A DNA stretch of 64,000 nt from Octopus vulgaris. Lineage: Eukaryota. The translations under genes were made by a program, and so were the position numbers. The notes under the pieces are model-generated. The model was not told where the DNA came from. It did not search any database and saw only the letters and a list, made by a program, of their open reading frames with translations. The stretch is taken from assembly GCA_951406725.2 (NCBI GenBank), contig OX597828.1, positions 67,022,001 to 67,086,000 of the forward strand. Reading direction: 5' to 3'. Below are positions 12,390 to 25,126 of the stretch, one piece after another; the first letter of the stretch is position 1, and each line of letters begins with the position of its first letter.

Positions 12390-13237
12390 AAAGTAAAAAA
12401 AAATATACAAACTGGGACAAGAACGTGAAACATTTAGAAGACGACATAAAAAACACGGACGGGACATTCGAAGCCTTCAATCTTCAGTCAAGAACCGGAT
12501 CATCGTCGCAATTTCGGCTGATTAATCTTGAGATTGCTCCGACCTGGGCAGCCCCAAAGGAAAATCTAAGCCAAGCGCATTAGATTCCTTGGAAGAAAGC
12601 CTCGAATGTATACAAAACAAGGACGGAAAACGGACGATGTTACACGAATAAAAATACTAAAATACGTAAAAACAATAATGATAGCACGAATAAGAATACA
12701 AAAATACGTAAAAACAATAATGATAATAATAACAACAAAACTAGGACGTCACAGACAAGCGTCTTTTCGACAGGACGAGTAAAGTTTTGAGCTGGCGCTA
12801 GAAGAGAGCCTTAAGGCTACAGAGAGACAAACAAGTGTGTCTTGCCACAAAGACTGCTGGACGCGAAAGGACAGCAGTCGTTGGCTGGTCACGTGAGGGA
12901 AAGAAAGAGGAAAAAGAGGGACAGATGAAGAGAGAAAGAAGGGGAACAAGGAACAAAGGAGGAGGAGAAGAAAGAGAGAGAAAGAGACAGATCAAGTGGA
13001 GTGCAAAGTGTGAAAGGCAGAGAAATGTAGGAGAGGGGGTAGAGAGACAGTGTTGTAGAGTCGTACCGTGTGTTAAAGAATATATACTTACGTATAGGGT
13101 CAAAAAGGGGTACGTCGCCGCTTATGTACATATGTAAAAATAAAAAAATATATACAAACTGGGACAAGAATGTGAAACATTTAGAAGACGACACAAAAAA
13201 CACGGACGGGACATTCGAAGCCTTCAATCTTCAGTCA
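12385..13237 (-). mobile_element. Non-coding family P2 element, ~750-bp monomer plus partial tandem copy
   Basis: ~105-bp direct repeat at 12385-12490 and 13133-13237; bounded by (TA)n; partial-tandem layout typical of PLE pseudo-LTRs. Confidence 0.65.
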
Positions 13238-13485
13238 TATATATATATATATATACAAAATAAGAAAATTGAGAAATACATCGAAATCAAATATCAATTA
13301 CCAGATAATACTCAATCACATACTTTATTAAACCACTACATAAGAAACTATAAGGTTAAACATAATTATGCAGGGTAAAACAGTGTACATGAAGGAGTGT
13401 ACATAAAATAATAATGTTATACAATAAGTAGAATACGTATAATAGAACATAAATATAAGTACACATAAATATAAATATAGACTAT

Positions 13486-13612
13486 ATCTTACAGTTGTTT
13501 CGGCCATGTAGATAAGCATGTCCCATTCAACTCATATTACCCATTTATGGTAGGTCAATATGTAGTTATAAATGAGACATTTACAAAAACATCCTAAGGC
13601 CTCTTCGGAGAT
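13486..13612 (-). ncRNA. Type I hammerhead ribozyme (U4C core variant, 100-nt stem II)
   Basis: Minus strand: stem I atct/agat, CCGAAGA, stem II ggcc...ggcc with long internal hairpin, GAAA, caactg, GUA site. Confidence 0.7.
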
Positions 13613-13669
13613 TACAAATTAGATTACATATATACTTATAAAGGTGTGGGTATATACCCATAATAAAAC

Positions 13670-13710
<41 letters not shown>

Positions 13711-13714
<4 letters not shown>

Positions 13715-13789
13715 AAGTTAATCCAAACAAGAAAACACAAAAAAACACAACAACGCGGGGACGTGGAACAAATATAGTATTATTGGACG

Positions 13790-13793
<4 letters not shown>
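13711..13793 (-). mobile_element. Family P1 3'-end fragment between (TA)n tracts
   Basis: Reverse complement of ~12265-12350. Confidence 0.6.
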
Positions 13794-13870
<77 letters not shown>

Positions 13871-14017
13871 GTGGGAAGGGGCTGGTGACACAAACTTTCA
13901 TTCACACTTTGAATTTGGTGATACTGGTAACGGCTTTTAGCTCGCTCTGATACTGAGTTGAGATGATGCCTTCTAGTATCTCGAAATTTAATATACAATT
14001 ATTCATAATTGTAGTGT

Positions 14018-14108
14018 CCTACGCTGATGAGAAAAGAAGTTGGGTAAGATATAATTATCTAATTCTTATGCTTTCCTAAAACTTAATTTCGAAACGTACG
14101 TCCGTAGG
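14018..14108 (+). ncRNA. Type I hammerhead ribozyme (canonical core, 60-nt stem II)
   Basis: Stem I cctacg/cgtagg, CTGATGA at 14024-14030, stem II gaaa...tttc, GAAA at 14091, palindromic cgtacg stem III, GUC site; inside a ~430-bp element (13869-14302) bounded by (TA)n. Confidence 0.88.
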
Positions 14109-14298
14109 TGACTTAAAATTGTATGATATATTGCCGTCATTTCATTCTCACTTACCTGTCTGTGTTTGCCATTCAAGTGCTGTGTTTTTACTGAGATCTC
14201 CCTTTTAGTAGAAAGAATAGCTATAACTCTTTGACTGCTATTTCTAAATTCGGTGTGTGGTGAGGCAATTCGTTGCTAAACCCTTAATTGCTTAGTAT

Positions 14299-14372
<74 letters not shown>

Positions 14373-14375
<3 letters not shown>

Positions 14376-14561
14376 GGAGTAAACACATAAATGTGAAACA
14401 AGGTGGAAAAAGAGTACTCAAATACCAGTGGTAGAGTAATATGCTTTATTTAAAGCAGCAGAGAAAATTCAACAAAACCTGTTACTCTGAGTTTCCCGTT
14501 GCCCGGGAAACTCAGAGTAACAGGTTTTGTTGAATTTTCTGCTGCTTTAAATAAAGTATAT
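14373..14561. mobile_element. PLE-terminus-like fold-back containing only the 3' half of a hammerhead
   Basis: Arms 14439-14498 and 14504-14561, loop ttgcc; the right arm reads cgg-GAAA-ctcagag-TA-acag. Confidence 0.75.
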
Positions 14562-14674
14562 ATATATATATATATAACGGGAAGCTTTATGAAAATAGAC
14601 AAAAGACGAAGGCAGGTGGAAAACAAACAAACAATTGTATTAGTATGGCGCTCAGGAAATATAAATAAAACAAG

Positions 14675-14712
14675 TCTTTAACGTTTCGAGCCTACGCTCT
14701 TCAACAGAAAGA
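14675..14712 (-). ncRNA. Minimal hammerhead-like motif with A6U core change
   Basis: tcttt-CTGTTGA-a-gagc gtag gctc-GAAA-cg-TT-aaaga on the minus strand. Confidence 0.55.
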
Positions 14713-15102
14713 TACACAGAGAAAAAAAACACAGAAAGAAGGAGAGAAAAAATGCGTGCAGTAACTAACGAATCAACATGGCGATCTGATTTCGGCCAGA
14801 AGTCAAAGATCAAACATGAGACGCGGGAGCGAAATTAGGGGAGATAATAGGGTTGAATAAACTACTCCAACATAAGGGTGTGTGTGTGTGTATGAGAGAG
14901 TATTAGTGCGTATGAGAGGTCTGGACGTGTGTATGTATAGGGTTGGTGTATGTATTAGTATGTATTAGTATGTATAAGGGTGTGTGTGTGTGTATGAGAG
15001 AGTATTAGTGCGTATGAGAGGTCTGGACGTGTGTATGTATAGGGTTGGTGTATGTATTAGTATATATTAGTATGTATTAGTATGTGTTAGTTGGTGTATG
15101 TA

Positions 15103-16245
15103 TTAGTATGGCACATCATATATGATGTGATGTGTAAAGTCGTGTGGTGTAGTGTGGAGAGAGGAGAAGAGGGGGAGGGGAGTGGGGGAGAATATGGGAG
15201 GAGGGGAGGGGGAGGGGGAGAGAGGGGAGAAGGAAGGGGAGGAGGAAGGAGGAAAGAGGGAGAGGGGGAGAGAGAAGGGGGAGAGAGAAGGGGAGTGAGG
15301 GAGCAGAGGGAAGGAGGGAGGGAGAAAGAGGGAAGAAGGGAAGGGGAGTAGGGGTGAAAGGATGAAGGACTGAAGAAGTAGGGGTCGGGGGGGAGAGTTG
15401 AGACCAAATGGCGTATAAGAGCGAAGAGAGAAGATTAATTCCTGTTCACGGCGCAAACGGGAATCCGGATGGCCTCTGTGTAAGGACAAACCGAACACAG
15501 ATAGGTGTTGCAAGGAGTGACCGGTGGAGCGGAAATGGCGTGAGACCGGTGTGTCGTTCGCAAGGTGGATGTCACGAAGGTGTTCCGCGAACCGGTCAGC
15601 CAAGCGGCGTCTCGTTTGTCCGATGTACAAGGAATGGCAGAGAGAGCAAGAGACGCAATAGATAATATTGCTGGAGGTGCAGGTGAAGGAGTTGATGATG
15701 GTATAGGGTCGATGATGGGTGCTAGTGAGGAGGGTGGTGTTGGAGAGGTAAGGGCAAGTGCGGCAACGTGGGCGGGAGCAGGGGAACGAGCCGGGTTGGG
15801 AGGTAGGGTCAGGGAAGGAGCTATGGACCAAAAGGTCTCGAAGGTTGTGGGCTCGTTTGAAAGAGGGGAGGGGTCGGTTAGAGAAGAGGTGTGAAGTGGA
15901 CGGGTCGGACTGGAGATGACAGAAAGCTCGAAGAATGGTGCGTTGGAGAGGTAGGGTCGTGGGGTGGTAAGTGAGGGGAAAAGGGAGGCGGGAGACTACA
16001 GGGCGGGTTCGGGGAGAGAGAGCAGATACACGGTCCACGGACCGTGCTCTGGCAAGGGCGGTGTGGATAGTGGTGAGAGGGTATCCACGTAGGGTGAAGT
16101 GGTGAGCCATACGTTGAGACTGAGTCTCAAAGTCATGGTCGTCACTACAGAGCCTACGTAGACGGAGGAATTGGGAATAGGGGATGGAAAGCTTGGTGTG
16201 TTCTGGGTGGGAGGAAGAGAAGTTGAGGTATGAGTGTGAGTCTGT
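15103..16245 (-). CDS. Penelope-like polyprotein C-terminus: RT thumb, Cys linker, GIY-YIG endonuclease (5'-truncated, open frame)
   Basis: The frame of ORF 15103-16110 extends upstream as TDSHSYLNFSSSHPEHTKLSIPYSQFLRLRRLCS; then CSRPRCRTC, IIYCVSCSLC..LYIGQT.RRL..RF.EH, REQELI, PFGLN. Confidence 0.92.
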   Translation of the reverse strand, partial: TDSHSYLNFSSSHPEHTKLSIPYSQFLRLRRLCSDDHDFETQSQRMAHHFTLRGYPLTTIHTALARARSVDRVSALSPRTRPVVSRLPFPLTYHPTTLPLQRTILRAFCHLQSDPSTSHLFSNRPLPSFKRAHNLRDLLVHSSFPDPTSQPGSFPCSRPRCRTCPYLSNTTLLTSTHHRPYTIINSFTCTSSNIIYCVSCSLCHSLYIGQTRRRLADRFAEHLRDIHLANDTPVSRHFRSTGHSLQHLSVFGLSLHRGHPDSRLRREQELIFSLRSYTPFGLNSPPRPLLLQSFILSPLLPFPSSLFLPPSFPLLPHSPSLSPFSLPLSLFPPSSSPSFSPLSPSPSPPPIFSPTPLPLFSSLHTTPHDFTHHIIYDVPY

Positions 16246-16365
16246 GTGTTTGTATATATATATATATATATATATATATGTAGGTCCCGGGTTGATTCGG
16301 GGTTAACCACAGTAAGTAAGGTACTCAATACATAGCAGAGTAAAATTAATTTATTATATAGAAGG

Positions 16366-16416
16366 AGCTTCTACAGGACTAGTACTGTTTCATTCAAGAG
16401 AAATCTTCAGGAAGCT
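16366..16416 (-). ncRNA. Type I hammerhead ribozyme
   Basis: agcttc-CTGAAGA-tttc tctt gaat-GAAA-cag tactagtc ctg-TA-gaagct (minus strand). Confidence 0.85.
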
Positions 16417-16793
16417 ATTTAACAAGAATTGTATTAGCATTTATACATTTAGGCAGGTTTAAAGGAGTGGTGGTGGGGGACTTTTTGGGGGTAGGCATAG
16501 CGCAAAATATCATACTTGGGGGAGTGGTCAAGGAGTCAGTGGTAAGTTAGATGAAAGAATAGATAAATAAAAAAATAAAAAAATAAAAAATAAAAAAATA
16601 AAATAAAAAAATAAAAGAATAAAAAATATAAAAAATATATATAAAAAAATATATATATAAAATATATATATATAAAAAATATATATATAAAAAAAGGGGG
16701 GATAGAGTTATAGGTAAATAAGGAGATTCTCACTTATACCTATACACACATGTATACGTATCTACACACACATACATACATACACATATATAT

Positions 16794-16838
<45 letters not shown>

Positions 16839-18249
16839 TATACATATACATATGTACACACATACATACATATCTACATACACACATACATACACCCGCC
16901 CACATATACAAATTTATACACATGCACATGCCTATACCTGTCTACACATACACACACGTATATATGCATACACTCACTCCCATGCATGCACGCATACACA
17001 CATGTATATATATATATATATATACCCACGACCACACATACATATATACACATAAAAATATATATTCATACGCACATACACTCATGCACACACAACACAC
17101 CTAGTTCCCTATATACACATATTTACACCTATATATACATACACCCACATACACCTATGTACACATATATATATATAAACATATACACGCATACATATAT
17201 ATACATGTGTGCACATTACATACACACATATATACATACACATACACATACACATGTGTACCTATACATACCTACACATACACACATACATACATACAAA
17301 TATACATATACATATATATATATATACAATCCAATACAGGCCCATTCCCTAATTTTAATTTTATTATCTTCATTTATTACTTTTGTTATCTTTGATCGCT
17401 AGGGCTAAGAATCCTGGCAATGGCTGCATGTCCATTTGTCTGTCTACTAGAAGGCAAGTACTCATTCCCGCACGCACACTCATTAGCACGTACATTCACC
17501 CATTCGTACACTCATACACATACACGTACGCACGCGTTATATTCATACATACAAACATCTACATACGTTCACGTATATACACATACGTACTCGTACCTAC
17601 AGATTCGTGTCTACACTTTAGGAGGCTAGTCTATACATATACACCAATAAATATACATATATATATATATATACCCGCATATACATACACACACACACAT
17701 ATATACTCCTACATACAGATACATACCTATATATATATATATATATATATACACATACATACACATACACACATACATATACACACACATACATACACAT
17801 ATATATACATACACAAACATATATACACACATATATATATACATACACACATACACACATACATACGTATACATACATACATACATCCATACATCCATAC
17901 TTACATGCATTTATACGCATACACACACCCATCTATATATATGTATATATATATATATATATATATACACACTCACACATACATATACAAATCTACGCAC
18001 ACACATACATACATACACGTATACGCATACACGCACATACACATATACATGCGTACCCATACACGTGCACACACGCACGCGCATCCATATATATACACAC
18101 ACACACATATATATACACGTGTGCAAGCATACATACATACTCATACGCGCACACATACTTACAAATACATATATGCACACACTTACTCACATATATATAC
18201 ATACACATATACATGCATACATACATATATGCATACATACACACACGCA

Positions 18250-18289
<40 letters not shown>

Positions 18290-18352
18290 TATATACATAT
18301 ATAGATATACATACACATACATACACATACACATACATACACACATATACAC

Positions 18353-18387
<35 letters not shown>

Positions 18388-18592
18388 TACATATATACAC
18401 ATATACATACATATACATACACACACACATACATATATACATATACACTGATACACATACCCATACATACACATGCATATACTTATATCACTACATACTC
18501 ACATATATAAACATATATACATATACACACATACATATATACATGTACATACACATACGTATGCATATATATATATATACATATATATACAC

Positions 18593-18629
<37 letters not shown>

Positions 18630-19006
18630 TACATATACACATATACATGTATACATACGCAGAAATGATACACATATATACACATACACACACACAGACA
18701 GATGCATATACATACATATATATATATAAACTACATATCTATATAAATACATACATAATACACATATACACACACATATATATACATTCATGCATATACA
18801 TATACAAGTATACATACACATACATACACACATTTTTTATTTTTTTATTTTTTTATTTATCTATTCTTTCATCTAACTTACCACTGACTCCTTGACCACT
18901 CCCCCAAGTATGATATTTTGCGCTATGCCTACCCCCAAAAAGTCCCCCACCACCACTCCTTTAAACCTGCCTAAATGTATAAATGCTAATACAATTCTTG
19001 TTAAAT

Positions 19007-19057
19007 AGCTTCCTGAAGATTTCTCTTGAATGAAACAGTACTAGTCCTGTAGAAGCT
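19007..19057 (+). ncRNA. Type I hammerhead ribozyme (inverted copy of 16366-16416)
   Basis: agcttc-CTGAAGA-tttctcttgaat-GAAA-cagtactagtcctg-TA-gaagct. Confidence 0.85.
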
Positions 19058-19068
19058 CCTTCTATATA

Positions 19069-19100
<32 letters not shown>

Positions 19101-19104
<4 letters not shown>

Positions 19105-19272
19105 CGGGAAGGTTTACGAAAATAAACAAAAGATGAAGGCAGGTGGAGTACAAACAAATGTATTAGTATGGCGCTCAAGAATAGAAATAGAAAAAGTCTT
19201 TTACGTTTCGAGCCTACGCTCTTCGACAGAAAGATACACAGAAAAAAAACAAGGAGAGAAAAAAATGCGTCT
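19101..19272 (-). mobile_element. Second, diverged 3' terminus of the 14575-16246 PLE family, with hammerhead-like motif at 19197-19234
   Basis: Aligns to 14575-14757; tcttt-CTGTCGA-a-gagcgtaggctc-GAAA-cg-TA-aaaga. Confidence 0.8.
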
Positions 19273-19709
19273 ATATATATATATATTATGTATGTGTGTG
19301 TGTGTGTGTGGGGGTGTTTGCAAGCACTTGTGTGAAAATTCACTCGTTGTGTTGTACATGTTCAGTTTCTATATAGGTTCAATTTTGCTATGAATTGGAG
19401 GTGTGTTTGTATCTCTGCACACGTATGCATGTGTGAGTGCGTACGTTTGTGTGTGTGTGTGTGTGTGTGTGCATGTGTGAGAGAGAAAGAGAAAAGAGAG
19501 AGAGAGAGAGAGTCAGAAAGAGAGAGATAGAGAAAGACAGGCGGGGGCTGTGTGAAGTGGTGGCAAGATATTTTAGAACTTATAAGTTTCCGAAAGTTTA
19601 TTCCATTTAGAATAAACTCTTTGTTCCACTTCAAACTAAAATTTTATGAGTCACTTCATTGAAAATTACTGTTCGATATTCTACATAACTGAGTGCATGT
19701 GCGTGCGTG

Positions 19710-19917
<208 letters not shown>

Positions 19918-20035
19918 TGTGTGTGTGAACGAGATTGGCCTGGTAATTAAAAGGAAGAGCTGGTGTACGTATGTGTAAGACTTTATGTATATATATATAT
20001 TTGTTTGCATATGTACATCTGTATACACACGTTCA

Positions 20036-20066
<31 letters not shown>

Positions 20067-20069
20067 TCG

Positions 20070-20107
<38 letters not shown>

Positions 20108-20220
20108 CATTATATACCTATATACATGTGTGAATGTGTATGAATAGTAGATCGATAGATGGGTAGGTAGATACATACATTTACTTATACATGAATCAAC
20201 GTATGTGTGTGTGTATATAT

Positions 20221-20488
20221 ATAATAATAAATATTAGGGAATAAATCCAAATTTACAGGGAAAAGTCAGATTTAGGATTGAATCCAATTTTATAGTAAAA
20301 TATTATAAAATATTAATTAGAGACAAAACCACTATTTTGCAAATCAAACAAGGAAAGACTTAATCAATACATTAAAAAATTTATTTATTTATTTATTTAT
20401 TTATTTACTTTATATTAAAATTTTTTTATGTATTGATTAAGTCTTTCCTTGTTTGATTTGCAAAATAGTGGTTTTGTCTCTAATTAAT

Positions 20489-20497
<9 letters not shown>
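20221..20497. mobile_element. Family P8 terminus with fold-back (no hammerhead retained)
   Basis: Similar to 32545-32700; arms ~20305-20380 and ~20420-20497; bounded by (TA)n. Confidence 0.75.
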
Positions 20498-20560
<63 letters not shown>

Positions 20561-20769
20561 CGTAATATATATATACACACATGCATAAATATATGTATAT
20601 GTCTGTGTGTATGTAAGTGTGTGTGTGTGTGTGTGTTTGTGTGTGTGTGTATGAAGTCCTTTAGCAATTGTCCAAGCATTTCCTTAACTTTTCACGTTCC
20701 AAGGCAGCACACCAGTTGGCAGGAGAAAACTTGGCCGCAAGTAGAATATACATACATACATACATACAT

Positions 20770-20828
<59 letters not shown>

Positions 20829-21471
20829 GACAGACAGACAGACGCACGAGTGGACAGATAAACAGATAGACGGACAGATATATGTGTGTGTGTATATAAT
20901 ATTTCGCTTAGTTATTGTGGGACCAATAACCCGATGTACGTATGTAGTATATTTCAGAACGAAGTGTTGGCTGAGTATAGCGTGGTTATAAGAAAGAAAG
21001 ATGACAAAGGAATACTTGATTATCTTATGTACTCCATTAGCTTACTACTGCTTTGAGAAGTTACAAATATCTATTACAACTGCATAAATGAGAGATATAT
21101 AATATCTACCATAAATGGGCCTCAACTAGCGACAGAGCCTTTTATGAAAAAACAAGCGCTGCAGATACTTTTCCAAAGCTTCCTTACAAGCGGTAAACTT
21201 CTCAAAATGTCAAACGAACGTACACTGTACCAACCATGTTTATAAAAGAGAAAACAGAACAACTGCTAAAAATTAGAAACCTATCGATCACTCTGATTTC
21301 GCACATTCGCAAAGTTTGGAGCATTGCAAGTTATTAGGGTCACGCTATAATATCAAGCTGACAGTTGGACCTGAAAGCAGCCGATGGGCTCCTGGAAGTG
21401 GCAGAAACAAATGCGATTGTTGAGTAATAAAGAAACAGTTGAGTGGCTGGGGCGACGGTGATGTTGGTGTT

Positions 21472-21849
21472 TGTTTGTTGAGCGAAGCGGTCTTCGTCCC
21501 AGAGCTCGCAAGATGGGAGAAGTCCGAAACGTGGTCTTTTGCTATTCATAAGACCTGCAGAAGAGGAAGCAGGTCAACCCCCGACACCGAGAGCATCGAC
21601 GGATGAATGAATGCGCATCCAGGCTCAGCGGTTGTGGAGGAAGTCAGGGACAAGAAACAGGAAGAAAGAGTGAGAGAAAGTTCGGGCGAAAGAGTACAAC
21701 AGGGGTCGCCACCACCCCCTGCTGGAGCCTCGTGGAGGTTTATGTGCTTTCGCTCAATAAACACACACAACGCCCGGTCTGGGAATCGAAACCGCGATCC
21801 TCCGACCGCGAGTCCGCTGCCCTAACCACTGGGTCATTGCGCCTCCACT
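21472..21849 (-). mobile_element. SINE family C, tail type 2 (tRNA-derived)
   Basis: Head gtggaggcgcaatgacccagtggttaggg, B box gtttcgattccc; tail shared with 30781-31160; TSD-like tga(t/c)gttggtgtt at 21459-21471 and 21849-21861. Confidence 0.88.
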
Positions 21850-22235
21850 GACGTTGGTGTTGATATACTGGCGAATGGAGAAAATGTATAGCGTTGAGAG
21901 ATAAAGAGAGTGTGAGGCAGAGAATTCTAAGAAGTGAGATGCTAAGGGTGGGAGTTAAAACAAACATGCAAGAGAAAGAGCAGAAAGTAAAAAATTGTGA
22001 GGGTGAGAGCGAGAGTAGGATGGAAAGGAGAAGGAAGAATATGAACATGTAGCAAAGTCTATCCTCTCATACCCGTATCTAACTTTCTCTCCCACTTCTA
22101 CGTTTGTTTGTAGTGCTTTTGTAGTGCATTTTCGTATATAAAATATTGGTATAATTACTTGGATGTATTAATTCGATACACGAATATAATACAATGCTAA
22201 GATCGATATAAATTCGTGCGTGTCAGTGTCTCTCT

Positions 22236-23081
22236 CGAGGGGGTACCCAAAAGAACCCGGAATTTTGCAATATTATTTTAGTCACTTTGTTTCACATGTG
22301 TACACTTTTATCACCTTCAAACTATTCTCCATTTGAAGAAATACAACGGTCCAGCTGCATTTTTCATTATTCGAAGCAGTGCTGGAACTCTTGCGAAGTG
22401 ATGCCTTTTAGCGCCTCCGTCGTTTTTTTCCCTTCATCTCTTCCACATCTGCAAATCCCGTTGCACCAGCTTTTGTCACCAGTGATGACCTTCGGAAAAA
22501 AAGGTGCGCATTAACTTCCAATTGTTCTTTCAGTTCACGACACGCATTCAGTCGTGACTGCTTTTGATCTTCTGTGAGCAAGTGAGGCATGAATTTTGCT
22601 GAAGCTCTTTTCATTCGCAATTCCTCGCTCAAAATTCGTTGACAGGAGCTCCAGAACACACCAGCCATATCAACATGATCGTTAATTGTTCAGTGACGGT
22701 CCTCAGTTCAGGAATTTTCCTGTTTTCATTCGTTCGGGAGGTCGACGGTCGCTTTGAACGAGGCTGGTCTTCACGCGACAAGTAACCATTCCAAATGCAT
22801 GACAACAGTTTGAAGCATGACAACAGTTTCGACGACCGTTTTCCCCAGCAGGAAACAGAATTTCATTGAAGCAAGATGTTCCTTCATTTCAGCCATTGCA
22901 AAAATCCACGAACATGGGAGAAGCACTGCGAAACAAAGACGCACCACGTGACAGTACGACTTCAGTTGACACCGTCGTGCGGCAGACTGATGCCTGAGGG
23001 TCGCATCAAGTGACGGAAGCCTGAACTACAACAGGTTTGTTCCCCAGAGAACGTTTCCTGTTACTTTTGGGTAGCCCATCG
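22236..23081 (-). mobile_element. Internally deleted mariner DNA transposon
   Basis: Imperfect TIRs cgagggggtacccaaaag... and ...cttttgggtagcccatcg; minus-strand peptides EDQPRSKRPSTSRTNEN, KRASAKFMPHLLTEDQKQSRL and TGDKSWC. Confidence 0.85.
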
Positions 23082-23083
23082 AT

Positions 23084-23439
<356 letters not shown>

Positions 23440-23626
23440 AATAAGTGCGTGTATATGTGTATATATATGTATGCATGAATGTATGTATGTAAAGTCTAAA
23501 TGAGAGTCAAGAGTAACTAAAGATTCAGTTATGTCAATCTAAATATCGCAATTATGTGAGTATAAGTGTGTTTGTGTACGTATTTAAGTATGCATGTAGG
23601 TATGTATGTGTTATGCGTGTATATGT

Positions 23627-23675
<49 letters not shown>

Positions 23676-23995
23676 TTTGTACGTATGCGTGCGTGTGTAT
23701 GGACGTACGTGTGAATGTTATCAATAAGAAAATTATACGCTATACATGAAGCTTCCTTCTAACGAACTCCCCTCATTACCATCACCACAACCACCACTGC
23801 TACCGCCAGCACCACCAGCACCAGCACCACCACCACCACCACCGCCGCCACTGCAACCGCCATTCCCCAATACCCACACTCTCATTTCATTCTAATGTCT
23901 CGCACTAATAAAAAGTTATTAGAGAGATGTTGAGAAAATTGTGGCTAAACAATTGCTTTAAAGTCTATTAGTGCGCGCGCGCGCCCAGAGACAAA

Positions 23996-24065
<70 letters not shown>

Positions 24066-24283
24066 TGCAAATGATTTTTCAAGTCTCTACCAACGAAGCA
24101 GAGTTCTTGTCTTCGCCTCTTCTATACCAAAAACGGCTCTGTAAGCAGTATCCTCATAGAAAAAGAAAGTTAATTTGCATCCATCTCTATACCTCATACC
24201 TTTGGCCAATCTTTTTCCAGATTTACCGCCATCTACTCCAATAGGCTTCCTTCCCCGCACAGACAAACAGTCAGGCAGGCAAA

Positions 24284-24316
<33 letters not shown>

Positions 24317-24800
24317 CACACACACGGTGTGGAAATACCTCCAATAGCTTCAAAAGAACAGCGCTATCAACCTTGACATTGCCATTTTCATTATACATTA
24401 GCAACGCGCCTCAAAATTCGCTCAGACACTCATCAAAAGTTTCAAGCTTTCACTGTCTACTGAGATAAACTAAAAGCGACTCTGACTCGGCCAGTTATCT
24501 TCCTATTGTTCTCACCTCTTGCATGTCTATGATAATTAATCCAAGAATTAATTATGACGCTGTCTAACATCTTGTCTTTTTTTCCTGTATGTGTTGACCA
24601 GCATTATTTTTAACAGAATGTTTGCGGCATCAAGTTCAGTGGTATGGGGATGGTCCCTTCCTACAGATCAACACGTGTATGGCTATGCTCTGTTGTAAGT
24701 ACAACATGTCCTTTGTCTATCCCCTTAACTTCTTTGAGATTTTAGGTATAATTATACTAATGTGTCTAACTGTTCTAAGTTAATTATGTTCTATGTCATT

Positions 24801-24889
24801 GTGCAGCTGAAGATTGCTCTACATTTTAAATTGATGTAATGATTGCATTGTTCAATTAAATGGAGTTGCATGAAACGATCGTACTGCAT
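24801..24889 (+). ncRNA. Type I hammerhead ribozyme (58-nt stem II)
   Basis: gtgcag-CTGAAGA-ttgc...gcat-GAAA-cgatcg-TA-ctgcat; about 150 bp upstream of a (TA)n tract at 25043. Confidence 0.85.
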
Positions 24890-25036
24890 TACCTCTGTAT
24901 ATTTTTTTTGTTTATTTTGATTTTAATCTCCTTATTTTGAAATTGTATGGATAATACCGTACTAAATTCTAGTGCCTCAACTTAAGTACCATATTCATCT
25001 GAATCTAAATTTTTGCTGAACTCATCTACCATACTT

Positions 25037-25121
<85 letters not shown>

Positions 25122-25126
<5 letters not shown>

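Larger units (their letters stand above)
14575..16246 (-). mobile_element. 5'-truncated Penelope-like retroelement (RT thumb + GIY-YIG + 3' terminus)
   Basis: Coding part as in the CDS below, then purine-rich and tgtattagta-repeat 3' region and a hammerhead-like motif at 14675-14712; bounded by (TA)n. Confidence 0.9.
16278..19074 (-). mobile_element. ~2.8-kb non-coding element with ~240-bp inverted termini, each carrying a hammerhead
   Basis: 16350-16590 and 18833-19074 read as exact reverse complements; interior is CA/TA low complexity with short unique islands; bounded by (TA)n. Confidence 0.8.
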
